This document shows, one piece after another, positions 11,977-24,920 of a stretch of DNA of 64,000 bases (the first letter of the stretch is position 1; each line of letters opens with the position of its first letter). Under the pieces are notes generated by a model that made no database searches, had not been told where the DNA came from, and saw only the letters and a list, made by a program, of their open reading frames with translations. Both the position numbers and the translations under genes were made by a program. Origin of the DNA: the human T2T-CHM13v2.0 reference genome, Homo sapiens. The DNA lies in assembly GCF_009914755.1 (NCBI RefSeq), contig NC_060926.1. One strand, given 5' to 3'.

Positions 11977-14404
11977 GTCATATAACCTAAATTTCAAACA
12001 AGAAGCTCCCATTCACAATATCAAGGGATTAATTACCATCACTTAATTCTACTCAATAAGTAGTAGTTAATGTACCTGCTCTTGTTGATGTTATTATATG
12101 AGTTAGATATTTTAACTACCAGGCTAAGTATTTGTGGAGAGAATATAAATGGTGACAGATGAGCCAAACTGAGTTGCCTGTGACCTTGGCGTCCCTCAGT
12201 ATCCCTCCTTGGTCATGAGAAGGCTTCTTGATGACACTTACCCAAAATCAATAAAGAACAGTTACCCACAATAATGTCAGCAAGATTTATTTGTCATTCA
12301 GCACAACTTAAGATGTATGTAGTGTAAGAGATTTAGAATCCAAGAGTTGATCAGAAAGCTCTCACACAAAATGTGCTATCTTGGGCTGTAGATGGCACTG
12401 GCTGGCCCGGGTGGCTGTATTTCTCATACACCAGAGAATACTACACTATTTGTGACGACTCCATTCAGAAGAGGTTTATTAATCACACAGCTTAGGGAGC
12501 CTCTGCAACATGTAATGAGTTTAATAACTGAGATTTGCGGTGACAACCCTAAACTAAAGCAGAAAATATCAAAGTTGGGTCAATAGTATAGATTTCTCCC
12601 TTTTAAACATTGTCTTAATGATCACAAAGAGGACTGTTCTATTTTGGTAACTTTTTGTTACATTCCAGTCGGTGTCTCATGTTGACCTCAAAACTATTTA
12701 TTTAATAGGAATAGCCCTAGAAGTGTCACTAATAAGCGCAAGAGATGATGTTCTTACAGGCTATTTCCAAAGGAGATGTGGTGGGGTGGGGGGCAGGTGG
12801 GTAGAGAAGTGAAAGTCATCTTTCTCAGGAAAACAATCCATTGATTCTGGCCTAAGTCAAATCAACATAATTATGCCTCACAATGGTCTCAGAAATGCTT
12901 TGTAGCCATTCAGGAAAGAGAACAAATGTCCCTTTGTTCCAATTTTGAAATGCAAGCTGTGCGCTTAGGCTCCATGGTACACTACGTAGAATAAACACAG
13001 GAGGCCTCAGTGGGGTTTTCCACTTAAAACTGATATATGGAAGATTCCTGGTCAAAAACCTGGGGCATTCTTTCAGGTCAAGTGTCATATAGAAATCACC
13101 TACTATCTGTTTGGACAACTGTAGCCAGGAAGCCTGGAGGAATTCTCAATCTGTCTCATCTTTTCCAAAGCTGCTACCCCAAACCTTACTGCAGAATGCT
13201 GTTTTGAGATGACTGGGAAAACAGAGAGCCACTACCATATTGTCTACCACACGCTTAATTATGAAGCTCTCATTTTTTTCTGCAATCAGGAAAAGCAAAA
13301 CATCATTTACAAGAAGAACTACCACAAAAGGTCAGTCATGAGAAGTGACTGATGCATTTCCATAAGGAGAAGCCTCTCATTCCAAGCCTGGCAGTTGATA
13401 AACACACTTATCTCACTCCCCATGGTGGAAACGTACAGCTTTCTGGAGTCAGTGGAGTGGCACAAGCCTGGAGCGGGGCTCCCCCGAGGCTGTGGGGAAG
13501 GCCAACAGCGCGGTATTGCGGCAGCTGCTGAGCAGATGCCAAGCCTCCAGGCAGGGCCACAGCCATCACAGGTCCATTAGGATGCTCATCACTCGCTGTC
13601 AGGGGGTGAAGCCTCCAGACGGGCTGACGTTCTCATCCCTCCCAACACACTTGGCTCTGCCAGAGCCCAGGGACCCCAGGCAGGAGGTGACAAGCCAGCA
13701 GAGCAGTGAAATCACCAGGAACCCTCAGGCCATTTTTCATACCCAAGAGGTATCTGTGCACTGTAGGTCTGGTTACAGAAAACAGAGGGCTGTTTTTCCC
13801 CTGCACTTCTGATTTCAGTGAAACACTGATGACAGCTCTTATCTACAAATTTCTTGGCAAAATTAGGGCCAGTCAAAACCGTGTAAGGGAGCAACCACCA
13901 AACACCACTCTCTCTCCTCTGAGCCTGGGTTCCTGGGGCTTAGAAAACCAAAGCAGCCACTCTAGGCCACACAGGAGGAGGAAGGAGTAATACACTAGGT
14001 TATGTCCCTCCTGCACTTTAAATTCTTTAGCAACTTCAGTTTTCTGGGAATCCAAACGTATACTGGCTCTCAGGCTTGAGATTCCCAGCACAATCGAACA
14101 CAACAATTCTGTAAAAGTTAAAATGGTAACAGGCTAATCTGTAAACTGCTGAAAATCTATACTGAGATCCTACATTCAGAAGCAAACAAGAGGGTAGAGG
14201 GAGAAAGACTATTCCAAAACCCAGTCCAGAGTTTCACACTCTGAAATTTAACATGACAGTTTAGTTGAGGGAAAAGATTGGCCTGACAATCCTCCATTGG
14301 CTCTCATAGACATTATATTTCCCATGATCTAAATAATTCAACAAACACTGATTCAGCATATACTATATATATCATAATCAAATCTGGATAAAATATTCTT
14401 CTTC

Positions 14405-15030
14405 TACCAGTTAGGATTATCAGTTGCAAACAACAAAAATGAACTGAAAAGTTGTTTATTAGAAGAGTGCTAGATCATTTGCAATTACAACCATGAAAGC
14501 CAAGAGCCAGCCTCAGAAAATAGGCACCAGGTCCAGAGGTGTCCCCTGGATGAGACACCATGGATGTCACCATTGGTGATGAGAGGCCACTGCTGAACCA
14601 GAGCCATGATCCCCACAGGGTGAGCCAGAGCCATGATCCCCACAAGTTGAACTACAGCCATGATCCCCTCAAGGTGAGCCAGAGCCATGATCCCCACAAG
14701 TTGAACTACAGCCATGATCCCCTCAAGGTGAGCCAGAGCCATGATCCCCACAAGGCTCCTGCCATCACCATGGCTGAAATCAGTTTTCAACAACCCTTAG
14801 TTATGGGTGTCAGGGCTTCAATTTAAGGTTCTAAATAGCACCACACTATCAGCTAATTCAAGTCATGTGCCTATGCCCTACTGTTGGGATGGGAGATGAT
14901 TTTCCAGACTTTTGTCCTCCATTGTCAGAAGCAGGGCCTCTCACTATAACTTACATGACAATAAATTCCACCAGAGGAAGGGTATTAACATGTTAGACAA
15001 TCAAGAAAAAAAGAGAGAGTAACGTCTACC
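14405..15030 (-). mobile_element. Old MLT1 (J/K/L-like) LTR remnant hosting a minisatellite
   Basis: AGTTAGGATTATCAGTTGCAAACAACAAAAA resembles the reverse MLT1 terminus; AGTCATGTGCCTATGCCCTA internally. Confidence 0.55.
14594..14755. repeat. 27-bp minisatellite, 6 copies, alternating A/B units
   Basis: Units start at 14594, 14621, 14648, 14675, 14702 and 14729; shared core AGCCATGATCCCC. Confidence 0.97.
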
Positions 15031-16569
15031 AGGATCCTCAATATGGAGGCAGAGTTGGGAATGGAAGCCTGATCGTGTATAGATAGAAATAATTTTGACA
15101 CCACAGAAGTAAGATAGATGCTATGGGTAAGACACCCTTGAGGATCTTCGCACCTAAGGAAATGAAGTACTACTCTGGCTGAAAGCTAAGGAAAATTTCA
15201 TACTGAAATGATTTTTAGCCAAACCTTGAATGACAGATGGGATTTCAAAAGGTCTAAAATGATATTCCAAGGAAGAAATATCCCCTGTAATGCTGGAAGA
15301 CCTTCCCAAGTATAAAGTGAAACTTTGTTGGGTGGAGAGGACTGGATGAGTGAACAGATGGTTTATATATAGTTTGAGAGCTTCTGCTGCCAACTTAACT
15401 TTTCAATAAATTAAAGGTCTTTCCAAAACAAAACGAATTTACATGGCTCTCAGGGAAAGTGATATTTATCATCATATTTTTAAGTATCCTCCAGTGGGAA
15501 AGATACAACAGGAAAAGATCCACCTCATCAGGTTTATCTTAACTTCATCCATATCGTGAATAAGAAACTAACCCAGGGTTATCCCTAGCCTCTTTGATTT
15601 TGCAACATGCTGACCACTTGGGGAGGTGCAGATCATAAACCCAGATGGAATCAAACAGCAAGATCTTAACTCATGGCTAAGCTTGGTTCTTAGGATCTCA
15701 AACGGTGAAGAAACTACATACATTCAATTAAGTTGAAGTAATTCATCAATTTCACCAGGACTGAAGGAAGATCTATTATAGAACTTTTCTGTGACAGAAG
15801 GAAACACTTCCTATAATGTGCCAAAATATTTCGTATTAACACCAACACTAGGATCTACTTGATTTTGGTCTACACCCACAGTTAAGAGTTTTACCTAGGA
15901 AAAAAAATTGGCAAAAATGCATATTTAAGACTATTTTTCTAACATAGACATGTAGAAAAGAGGGTGAAAGTGGCAAGGAGTCTGGAACATTAGGTCCACA
16001 AGAAGAAAGATCTAGAATATAAGGGTGAGATGACTCAAGAGGAATGTAGGAATTATTTTCAAATATATAATGGGTTGCAAGGTAAACTGGCAAAATTTAA
16101 AATGGTCCAGTAATGGAGTCAGCTACAAACAGGAGTGAAACCACTGGAAACTGTTCAAGCAGAAGTCAGAGAATGACCTGTTGTGGTAATGACTGCTGAA
16201 GTCCTTCAAATCTCTAAGATGAAATGACCACATGGAATCACTGCATGTTGATTCATCTAAATCTCCTTGAAGTCAGTATAAGAATATTCATATAAATAAC
16301 TTTTTAAAAAATAAATATTGTTGACTAAATGAATGGATGATTCCTACACAAAGATTAGATTGAAAGAGAGCAAGATCTTGGGTTTAACACTGAATAAGTG
16401 ACTACTGCCAAAGTCTTCACAAGAACCCAAAAGGTTCTACGCCATCAGAATCATCTAATTACTCCCTGATGTCAGAATAAAGCCATTTCTGTAAATAATT
16501 TCTGAAAAATAAAGTACTTTTTGAGGGAATAATTCTTTCATGAAGATCAGATAAAAATAAAAGATCTTA

Positions 16570-17135
16570 GGTTCTCTTGCCAAGCCTGAGTGACATTAAC
16601 CGTCCCCATCCCTCCTTTCTCTGGCCCGCTCCTCTACCACTTCCCCTTAATCTCTGCTGCAGTCACACTGGCCCCTTCTGACATACCAGACATGATCTTG
16701 CCTCAAAGGTTGTCCCCTGGATGTTCCTTTTGACTAGAATATTCCCCTAAGGAGAATCCCTTTTCTCTTTCAAGGTGTACCCAAATCTCACCTTCTTGGA
16801 AAGGCTTTCTCTGACCACCCTATTTAAAGTGATTTCCCCATCTCCCTAACACAACACACGTAACACACACAGACTACATGCATTAAGTGTGCACACATGG
16901 ACACACACACACATCGAGCAAGGCCAAGCTCCTTTCCCTTGCTTTTATATTTACATACTTCTTAATGCCTTCTAAAATTCCTCCTCACTAATTACATTTA
17001 CTGCCTCTCTCCCCATTTGAGAATATAAGCTCCAAAGAATTAGGAATTTGTGTACTTTATACATTGAAGAAATCTCAACACCTAAAAGAGTGCCTTGAAC
17101 ATGGTAAACCTCAATAAATACTCATTGAATGAAGA
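16570..17135 (+). mobile_element. L2 (L2a-like) 3' fragment
   Basis: CAGTCACACTGGCC..CTTTCTCTGACCACCCTATTTAAA..ATAAGCTCC..CTCAATAAATACTCATTGAATGAA. Confidence 0.8.
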
Positions 17136-17139
17136 ATAC

Positions 17140-17720
17140 AGACTTGACCATAATACCACTAAGTTAGGATTCAATAGCAGCAAGATAACTATAAAATACA
17201 TTTGTGACAACTCATGCACCATAAACATTATAATGAAAAATAGAAATTAGAAGTTTAAAGAAAAAAACTACTTATTAAACATGAGAGAAAAAGCTAGCAC
17301 AGTGTTTATTAGGAAATGTATACCCTTACATTAGAAAAAAGGAAAAAAGGGTGAAAATTAATGGTCTAAATCATCCACCTTAAGAAATAAAATCAACATA
17401 ATAAAATAAACTCAATTTAAGAGAACAAAACTAATAGAAATAAAAATAGAATATGAATATAAAGAGAGTTGCAACAGTGTCAAAATTGGTTCCTTGAAAA
17501 CACTTTAAAAAAGCAAAAAATAAAATTTTGTTAAATGTGATAAAGGAATGACACTAATAAACATTATTCAATGGAGAACATGGAATTCAATATGAAAGAG
17601 ATTTTTATATGTCATAAGGAAGTACTAGTAACAGCTTTATTCCAAAAGTGAAAATTAGACAATATATTTCCTTGAAAAATACAACTTACCAGTAAAAATA
17701 TTAAACTCAAGTAGACAATG
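17140..17720 (+). mobile_element. Old L1M ORF2 remnant
   Basis: A-rich tract with L1 ORF2 hallmarks (TTGGTTCCTTGAAAA; TTCCTTGAAAAATACAACTTACCA). Confidence 0.65.
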
Positions 17721-18545
17721 ACTTTTCACTGAGTTTAATTAAGGTAAAATTTACATACAACAAAATTCACTTATTCTATGTTTACAGTTTGATGAATTCT
17801 GGCATCTGTATAAATTCATGCCACCACCACCACAATCAAGATGTAGAAAATTTCTACCATCCAAAAAATCTTCTTACTCCTTTGCAGTAAATCCCCATCT
17901 CCAAATACACATACCAGCTGCAGAAAACCAATGATCTGCTCTCCATCACTATAGTTTTGGTTTTTCTAAAATGTCATATAAATGGAATTACACAGCATAT
18001 AGAATTTTGTCATGTGCTTTCATTGCACAAAATATTTTTGGAATTCATCTATGTTGCTTTGTGGAACAGTTTATGACTGAGTACTATTGCTATAGTAGGA
18101 ATGTATTACAATTAATTTGTATATTCATCACTTAAAGAATATTTAGGTAGTTTCCAGGTGGTAGCTATGATGGAAAACAGTGTGATGAACATTCAAGCAT
18201 ATACAAGTATTTATGTGGACATATGTTTTTGTTATGTCTATGGTAAGTGTAACTTTACAAGAAACTGGCAAGTTGATTTTTAGAAGAACTGTACCATTTT
18301 GCATTCCCATCAGGAGTACATGAGAGTTCCAGTTGCTCCACATTCGTATCACCACCTGATATTGTTAGTCATTTACATTTTAACTATTCTAATAGGTATG
18401 TGCTGGCATCTTACCATGTTTTTTAATTTTCCATTTTTTATTTATTTTCTAGTTTACATGTAAATTTCACTGATTGGTGTACAGTTCTATGACTTTTGAC
18501 AAATTGACTCATGCTACCACCACTATGATCAAATGCAAAACACTT

Positions 18546-18652
18546 TGGCAGTTTGGGAGTTCCCAAGACCACCCTCACTTTGGACACCAACTGCAAGTTC
18601 AGATACTAACTGTAACTTTGGGCATACCCAATCCAATAATCACCCTCATTTC
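18546..18652. mobile_element. MER21/MER77-like LTR fragment
   Basis: GTTCCCAAGACCACCCTCACTTTGGACACCAACTGCAAGTTC motif. Confidence 0.5.
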
Positions 18653-19174
18653 TTTTATGTTTTCTTAATTTTTATGGGTATAAAATAAGTGTATATATTT
18701 ATGGGTTACATGAGATATTTTAATACGGGCATGCAATGCATAATAATCACATCAGGATAAATGGGGTATCCATCACCTCAAGCCTTTATCCTTTCTGTTG
18801 TAAACAATTAACTTGTACTCTTTATTTTTAAATGTACAATTAAATTATTTCTGATTATAGTAACCCTGTTGTGCTAGCAAATACTAGATCTTATTCATTC
18901 TTTCTGTTTTTGTGTCCATTAACCGTCTCTACATTGCCCTCAAGCCAATCCTTCTCAGCCTCTGGCAACCATGCTTCTCCTTTCTATCTCCATGAATTCA
19001 ATTATCTTAATTTTTAGCTCCCACAAATAAGTGAGAACATGCAAAGATTATATTTTTGTGTCAGGTTTATTTCACTTAACATAATGACCTCCAATTCCAT
19101 CCATGTTGTTGCAAATGACATGATCTCATTCTTTTTTATGGCTAAATAGTTCTCCATTGTGTATATGTATAACA
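18653..19174 (-). mobile_element. L1MA2/3-like 5'-truncated 3' UTR
   Basis: GCATGCAATGCATAATAATCACATCAGG..GGGGTATCCATCACCTCAAGC. The minus-strand ORF fragment TMENYLAIKKNEIMSFATTWMELEVIMLSEI matches the L1 ORF2 C-terminus. Confidence 0.9.
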
Positions 19175-19403
19175 GGAGTGAACTGGCTGCCATATCTGTC
19201 ACCTCATTGATTGCCAGAGTTGATTCACTGATCTGGCTGGCTAGGTGGGTGTCCCTTTCCCCCATCACCAGATCATGTGTGTCCCTCCCACCGTTATGCA
19301 CTAGGTCAAAGTGGACAACCTTCCTCAACAGAGGAGGATTGTTCTTCCGTTAAGGGTATATGAGTAGCTGTACTCCCCTGCTAGAAGCTCCCAACAAGCT
19401 CTT
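19175..19403 (+). pseudogene. RN7SK: 7SK snRNA retropseudogene (RN7SKP-type), 3'-truncated, no poly(A) tail
   Basis: Collinear with roughly nt 9-236 of the ~331-nt 7SK: CTGGCTGC..ATCTGTCACC.CATTGAT.GCCAG.GTTGATTC..CTGATCTGGCTGGCTAGG.GGGTGTCCC..AGAGGAGGA..AAGGGTATA.GAGTAGCTG..CTCCCCTGCTAGAA..AACAAGCTCT. CpGs are decayed. Confidence 0.95.
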
Positions 19404-19919
19404 GTTGTGATTTTAATTTGCATTTTTCTGATGATTAGCACTGAGTACCTTTTTGCATACTTATTGGCATTCATATTTCTTCAATAAAGTGTCAGTTTGA
19501 ATGTTTTACCCATTGGGTTGTCTCCTTATTACTGAGTTGTTAAGGGTTCATTACATACTCTAGATACAATCACTTTATCAAACATATAATTTGCAAATAA
19601 TTTCTCTTAGTCTATAGCTATCTTTTCATTTTCTTAATTGTGTCTTCTGGGAGAACGATTTGTTAAAAAAATTTTGATGAGGGCTAATTTATCAAGTTTT
19701 TCTTTTATAATTCATGTTCTGTTTAAGATATTATTGCTAAGTGATTGTGACAAAGATTTTTCCTGTGTTTTCTTCCAGAAGTTTTGTAGGATTAGCTCTT
19801 ATACTAAAAAGTCTATAATCTATTCAGAGTCAATTTTTGTAGATGGCATGAGATAAGAGTTAAAGTTCATTTTTTCTCCATATAGATGCCAGTTATTTCA
19901 TCACTAGTTGTTAAAAATC

Positions 19920-20337
19920 ATGTAACCATATGTTCATCAATAAACAAATAAATAAAAAGATGGTACATTATACAATAGTATGCTACTCAATGAAAAGAAC
20001 TGTTGATACATGAAACAACATGGATGAAATTAAGAATCATTATACTAACTGAAAGCAACCAAAAAGCAAAGATTACCTACTATATTATTGCACTTACATG
20101 AAAGTTTAGAAAATTTTAAGCTAAAGTGACAGAAATAAAACCTGAGGATGGAAGGAGGCCTAGACTGCAAAGAGGCATGAGAAACCATTTTAGGGAGTGA
20201 TGGAATTACTTTGTGTCTTGGGTTTGGTGGTGGTTCACGGTGCATAGCTCTGTCAATACTCACTGAATTGTAGACTTTAAATGGATGTCGTTTGTTGGAC
20301 ATAAATTATGCCTCAATAAAACTTATTTTTAAAAAAG
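19920..20337 (+). mobile_element. L1ME/MB-type 3' end
   Basis: GATACATGAAACAACATGGATGAA..ACTTTAAATGGATG..AAATTATGCCTCAATAAA followed by an A-rich tail. Confidence 0.8.
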
Positions 20338-20479
20338 CAACTAGGCCTTGGGCTAAGATATAAGAACATCAACTTTTCCCCAAACTGTAAACCTCAGATT
20401 ATTTTACAAGTACCCAAATGGACTAACAGTAAGGCCATGGGAAGTCCATACAATGCAAATGTTAAGTCCAAATAACTGT

Positions 20480-21560
20480 TTCTAGTTCAGACTTCAAAAC
20501 ACAAAATACAAACAAACAGGAAAAGTAGACTTCTGAAAACTATCTAGTATAGGATTCAGAAGATAATTTTATAAAATTAGTCGATATTCATCATAAGAAA
20601 ATAATACAATGCCTATAAGAAATGTGAGCAGAAGGAAACATAACAACACAGGTCAAAGTTAACATAAAATACCAAGAGTATGGGTGATTTTATTATAAGT
20701 AAAATCAAAATGGAAGTGCAGAATGAAAATCCACACTGTAGGCAGTAAAAAGCAGATTTGACTCTGCAAAAAATCAAATCAGACATTAAAACAATCTTGA
20801 GAAGTTCCTGGATAATAGGGAAGAAAATGAAAAGGAAATGAAAATAACAAGGGAGAAAATGATAGAGATCTAATCTGTGAAGAATATACATTATTATTAT
20901 TTAGATAATATCTAATATGTATATGAGGAACATACATTCTTCATAGATTAGTATATAATAAAATATTTTAAGAAAATATAATACAATTATATTATTGTAA
21001 TAATGTAATATTAATGTAATATATATTATATATAATAGTGACATAAATATAATAATCTTAATATAATTTTAAGAAAAAATATTTAGTAATGAATCCATAA
21101 TTAAGAAAAAAAATTTTTAGAGATGTGAATGGAAACTCACATCTCTAAAACTATCTAATAATTTATCAGATAACATGTTATATATTGATTAACAGGGATT
21201 ATAGTACATTCTTGGTAAAATCAATGGGAAAAACAAGCCATATCTAAACACCTAGAAATCATCTTAAATTGTCCATAAAAATTATAAATTACAAATTTTT
21301 TTAACAAAGATACTGGATACTATGCATTATAAAGAAACAGGAATCTGCTGATGTCTTCTTTTTTCATTATGCTATATCAAAAAATACAAAATACCTAAAA
21401 TTTTGCAGAAAAAATATTGGAACATAATTACATACACAAGTAATTGTCTTTCATGTCTTAGAGCAACAGAGAGGGAGCCAGCATTGATATATCTGCCTTC
21501 TTTGAAATAATTATTTGAAGACATACTAAATGACTAAGTGAAAATCAAAATTAATAAACC
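20480..21560 (+). mobile_element. Very old L1M remnant with an internal AT-rich low-complexity block (~20885-21085)
   Basis: Strongly A-biased degraded sequence resembling the L1 ORF1 region. Confidence 0.45.
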
Positions 21561-21594
21561 TTCATGAGGAAAGTTATGATTTAAAACAATTTGA

Positions 21595-21921
21595 GGCTGG
21601 ACACGGTGGCTCATGCCTGTAATCCCAACACTTTGGGAGGCGGAGGCAGGTGGATTGCCTGAGCTCAGGAGTTCGAGACTACCCTGGGCAACATGGCGAA
21701 ACCTTATCTCTATTAAAATACAAAAAATTAGCCACGTGTGGTGTTGGGCACCTGTAGTCCCAGTTACTGGGGAGGCTGAGGCAGGAGAATCACTTGAACC
21801 CAGAAGGTGGAGGATGCAGTGACTGAGATCCCACCACTGCACTCCAGCCTGGGCAACAGAGGGAGATCCTGTTTCAAAAAAAAAAAAAAAACAAACAAAA
21901 AGCAAAAAACAAAAAAACAAA
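21595..21921 (+). mobile_element. Alu (Sz/J-like), full length
   Basis: Dimeric Alu with A/C-rich tail; TSD AAAACAATTTGA. Confidence 0.97.
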
Positions 21922-22427
21922 AAAACAATTTGAGGCCTTGCATTGCTCAGTTGGACCAATAATTCAGAATCAATTTATTTATATGCTGAAATTTCTATCA
22001 TGTATCCTAGGTACAAAATTGGGCCTGTTATGCTTCATAGAGTGACTCCTCAGCAATTTTTCTTCTCTTCCTAGAACCAGGAAATTTTTTTTGACATACA
22101 GCCTGCATCTCACTTGTGTGGGAACCTGTTTGAAGACACAGCAATGACTGCACTGTGAGTAAGAACATGAACAACAGTTACAGTTTTTACAAGTTTTTAG
22201 TTTACTACTGGGAAAATCACCAAATCAAGTCTTTCTCTCTTCTCCAAAAAGCACAGTTACACAAAGCATATATAGAAGTAGCTCTTATATCAAGGTAATT
22301 GAATAACTTATTTTTGTAATTTAAGCTCCTACTTAAGGGCTAGAGTAATTTTTTTTTTTTTTTTTTTACATTAAGAGAGAATAATAAAAACTAACCAGTG
22401 GTTGATATTATTTAAAGCCTTTCTGGG

Positions 22428-22780
<353 letters not shown>

Positions 22781-23169
22781 TGATCTGTATTGACTATGCT
22801 TTAAAATCACCATGTAAACTAGAACCTATATTAAAATTCAAATAAAAAAGATTCTTAAAAAATTAAATCTTTCCAAGCTTATTTTTAAATGATAGAACTT
22901 TTGATTTTGTTGTTCTTTGTATCTTCTCTATAATACAAATTTTCTACAATACACTTCTTTTTATAAATTGAAGCCCTAAAATAAAATTATCAAAATGTTG
23001 ACAGTGATTACCTAGTGGTATAGTAGTTAAGGATGATCATTTTTCTTCCTTCTAGATTATCATATTCTTACATTTCCATGAGTCACATGTTTCATAACAC
23101 TTTATTTTCATCAAATGTAATAAATTCATTAATTTAATATGTATTTTACAATGAAAAAGTAATTCTACC

Positions 23170-23672
23170 TATGTTAGCCAGGGTCTCAGCAGGAAATAGA
23201 AGACAGCCTCCGAAAAGTTTACCAGAAAGAACCTAATGAAGAGATTATTTAAAGAGGTTTGGACAGCACTAAAGGAACTATCAAGAAACATGAGACTAGC
23301 AGGGATGGGCAACAGAAGAAAGCTATTAACTTTCTGATGTTGAAGGAGCTCGGGGAGGAAACGCTGTTTCCAAAGCACAGAGAAAGATCCAACAGTGCAA
23401 TAAAGGCAGTGTGGCATGCACTGTGTCTGAGCAGCAGTCACCGTCAGGTGTGTGGTGGGGGTGCAGGGATGGTGCAGGTAAGTGATACTCTGACTTTCCA
23501 TGCTCTTGTCCCCTGAGACCCTGCCCATTTCTTCCATTTGCCTGAACTCAAACAGAGTGAGGGTAAGAGAGCCTAGCAGATGTACACCATAGAAGTCAGG
23601 CTTCTGAAGTACAGAGCAGGACACAAAATTGTGGAGAATGCATCTGAGGCTGGCAGGTGGGAATATGGGCAA
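23170..23672 (-). mobile_element. ERVL LTR33-like solo LTR
   Basis: Begins TATGTTAGCCAGGGTCTCAGCAGGAAA; internal TTCCATTTGCCTGAACTCAA..AGAAGTCAGGCTTC..CAGAGCAGG. Confidence 0.6.
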
Positions 23673-23859
23673 AAATAACAGGCACAGTCCTCTGTGTATG
23701 TATCATTCCTGCTGAGGCCATTCAAGAGACTTTTCACCTCATTCCGAAATCACTGAACCAGTAACCTACATTATCTTCTGGACTCTATGGGAATGTGTGT
23801 TCATCCTTATTCTCTGCTCTTCAGAGAATAAACTATAATACAATAGTCCAGAGCCAAAA

Positions 23860-24920
23860 TAACGACATGGGGCAGAATGGCAACAGTGGTGTCAGCGAGA
23901 AGTGATCCAATCTCAAATATATTTCAAAAGTAGAATCAGTAGGATTTGCAGATGGTGAGCTGTGGGCCCTGAAACAAAGGAGTCAAGGGTGCCAGTTAGC
24001 TCTTTTGCTTACACAACCAGATGGAAGGTCTTGCCATTATCTGAGAAAAAGAAAATTCCAAGAGGAGCTAGATTTTGGAAACATATCAGGAGGAGTTTTG
24101 AACATATTAGTTTTAGGATTTCTATCAAACATCTAAGTGGGAATACTGAGTAGTCAGTTGGACATATATAAGTGTGGAACTCAGGAAGAAGATCCAGACT
24201 GGGAACAGAAACTTGGAAGTCATGTTTTGTAGGCGATATATAAAACCATGTAGTTGAATGAAATCATGGAGAGATAAGCATAGATAGAGGGATGAAAAGA
24301 ACCAGGTGCAGAAAATTACAACACTCCAACATTGAGAAGGGTGATGAAATAATACATACAACAAACGCCCGTGACACACATTTCCCTATGTAACAAACCT
24401 TCGCATGTACCCCCAAACTTAAAAGCTAAAAAAAAACTTCAAATTGTTTTTAAATAAATAAAAAATTGTAAAAAGTAATGGAGATAGGAAGTAACCACTG
24501 ATGAAAACTGAGAAGGAGCAGTTGTGAGGTTGGAGGAAAACTGAGAGTACATGTTTTGCCTGGAAGTCAAATTAGGAAAGTGTATTCAGTGGAAAAGGTA
24601 ACAGATTGTATCAAATGCTGCTGATAGACCAACAGGGCAAAGACTAGGAAGTAATTACAAGATTTATCAAACAGAGTTCCTGGTAATCTTGAGAAGAGCA
24701 ATTTTTATTGAAGTGGTGGATCTGAAAGCCTAATTTGGGTGAATTCAAGGAATAACAGAAAGAGAAAACTTACGAACAATGTTTACTAGAGATAATTCTT
24801 TTGAGGAGACTTTTAAAGGAGCAAAATGAGATGGTTAAGTGAAAAATGAGGTCAAGATATATAGGTTTATTTATTTTTAAAATGGGAAACATAATGGGAT
24901 GTTTGTATAGTGAAGAAAAA
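23860..24920 (-). mobile_element. L2 LINE fragment (RT region)
   Basis: The minus-strand ORF fragment DFIQLHGFIYRL resembles L2 DLIHSHGFNYHLYADD; TCAAATGCTGCTGATAG motif. Interrupted by a short L1. Confidence 0.8.
24338..24470 (+). mobile_element. L1PA13-16/L1PB-type extreme 3' fragment
   Basis: GGGTGATGAAATAAT..CAACAAAC.CCCGTGACAC..CCTATGTAACAAACCT..CATGTACCCC followed by an A-rich tail. Confidence 0.85.

Larger units (their letters stand above)
17722..19918 (-). mobile_element. L1MB/ME-type 3' region, interrupted at about 18430-19400
   Basis: Antisense L1M 3' UTR and ORF2 end (CATATAAATGGAAT..; TACCATTTTGCATTCCCATCAG..; TTTTAATTTGCATTTTTCTGATGATTAG), collinear across the insertion. Confidence 0.85.

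Noticed and set aside
14485-14826. Repetitive ORFs on both strands, or a CRISPR-like array
   Set aside because: These are head-to-tail 27-bp units with no unique spacers and no cas genes, in primate DNA. The ORFs are by-products of a unit length divisible by 3.
19175-19403. Functional 7SK gene
   Set aside because: Lacks the 3' hairpin and U-tract and any upstream Pol III promoter context; many substitutions and decayed CpGs.
21534-21959. 141-aa ORF, and similar ORFs at 29268, 38919, 48203, 50598, 52736 and 63350
   Set aside because: Translations of Alu sequence (e.g. [21 protein letters not shown]); not genes.
23169-23672. Longest ORF in the window (167 aa)
   Set aside because: Coincides with an LTR33-like element, lacks an ATG start and has no recognisable domain.
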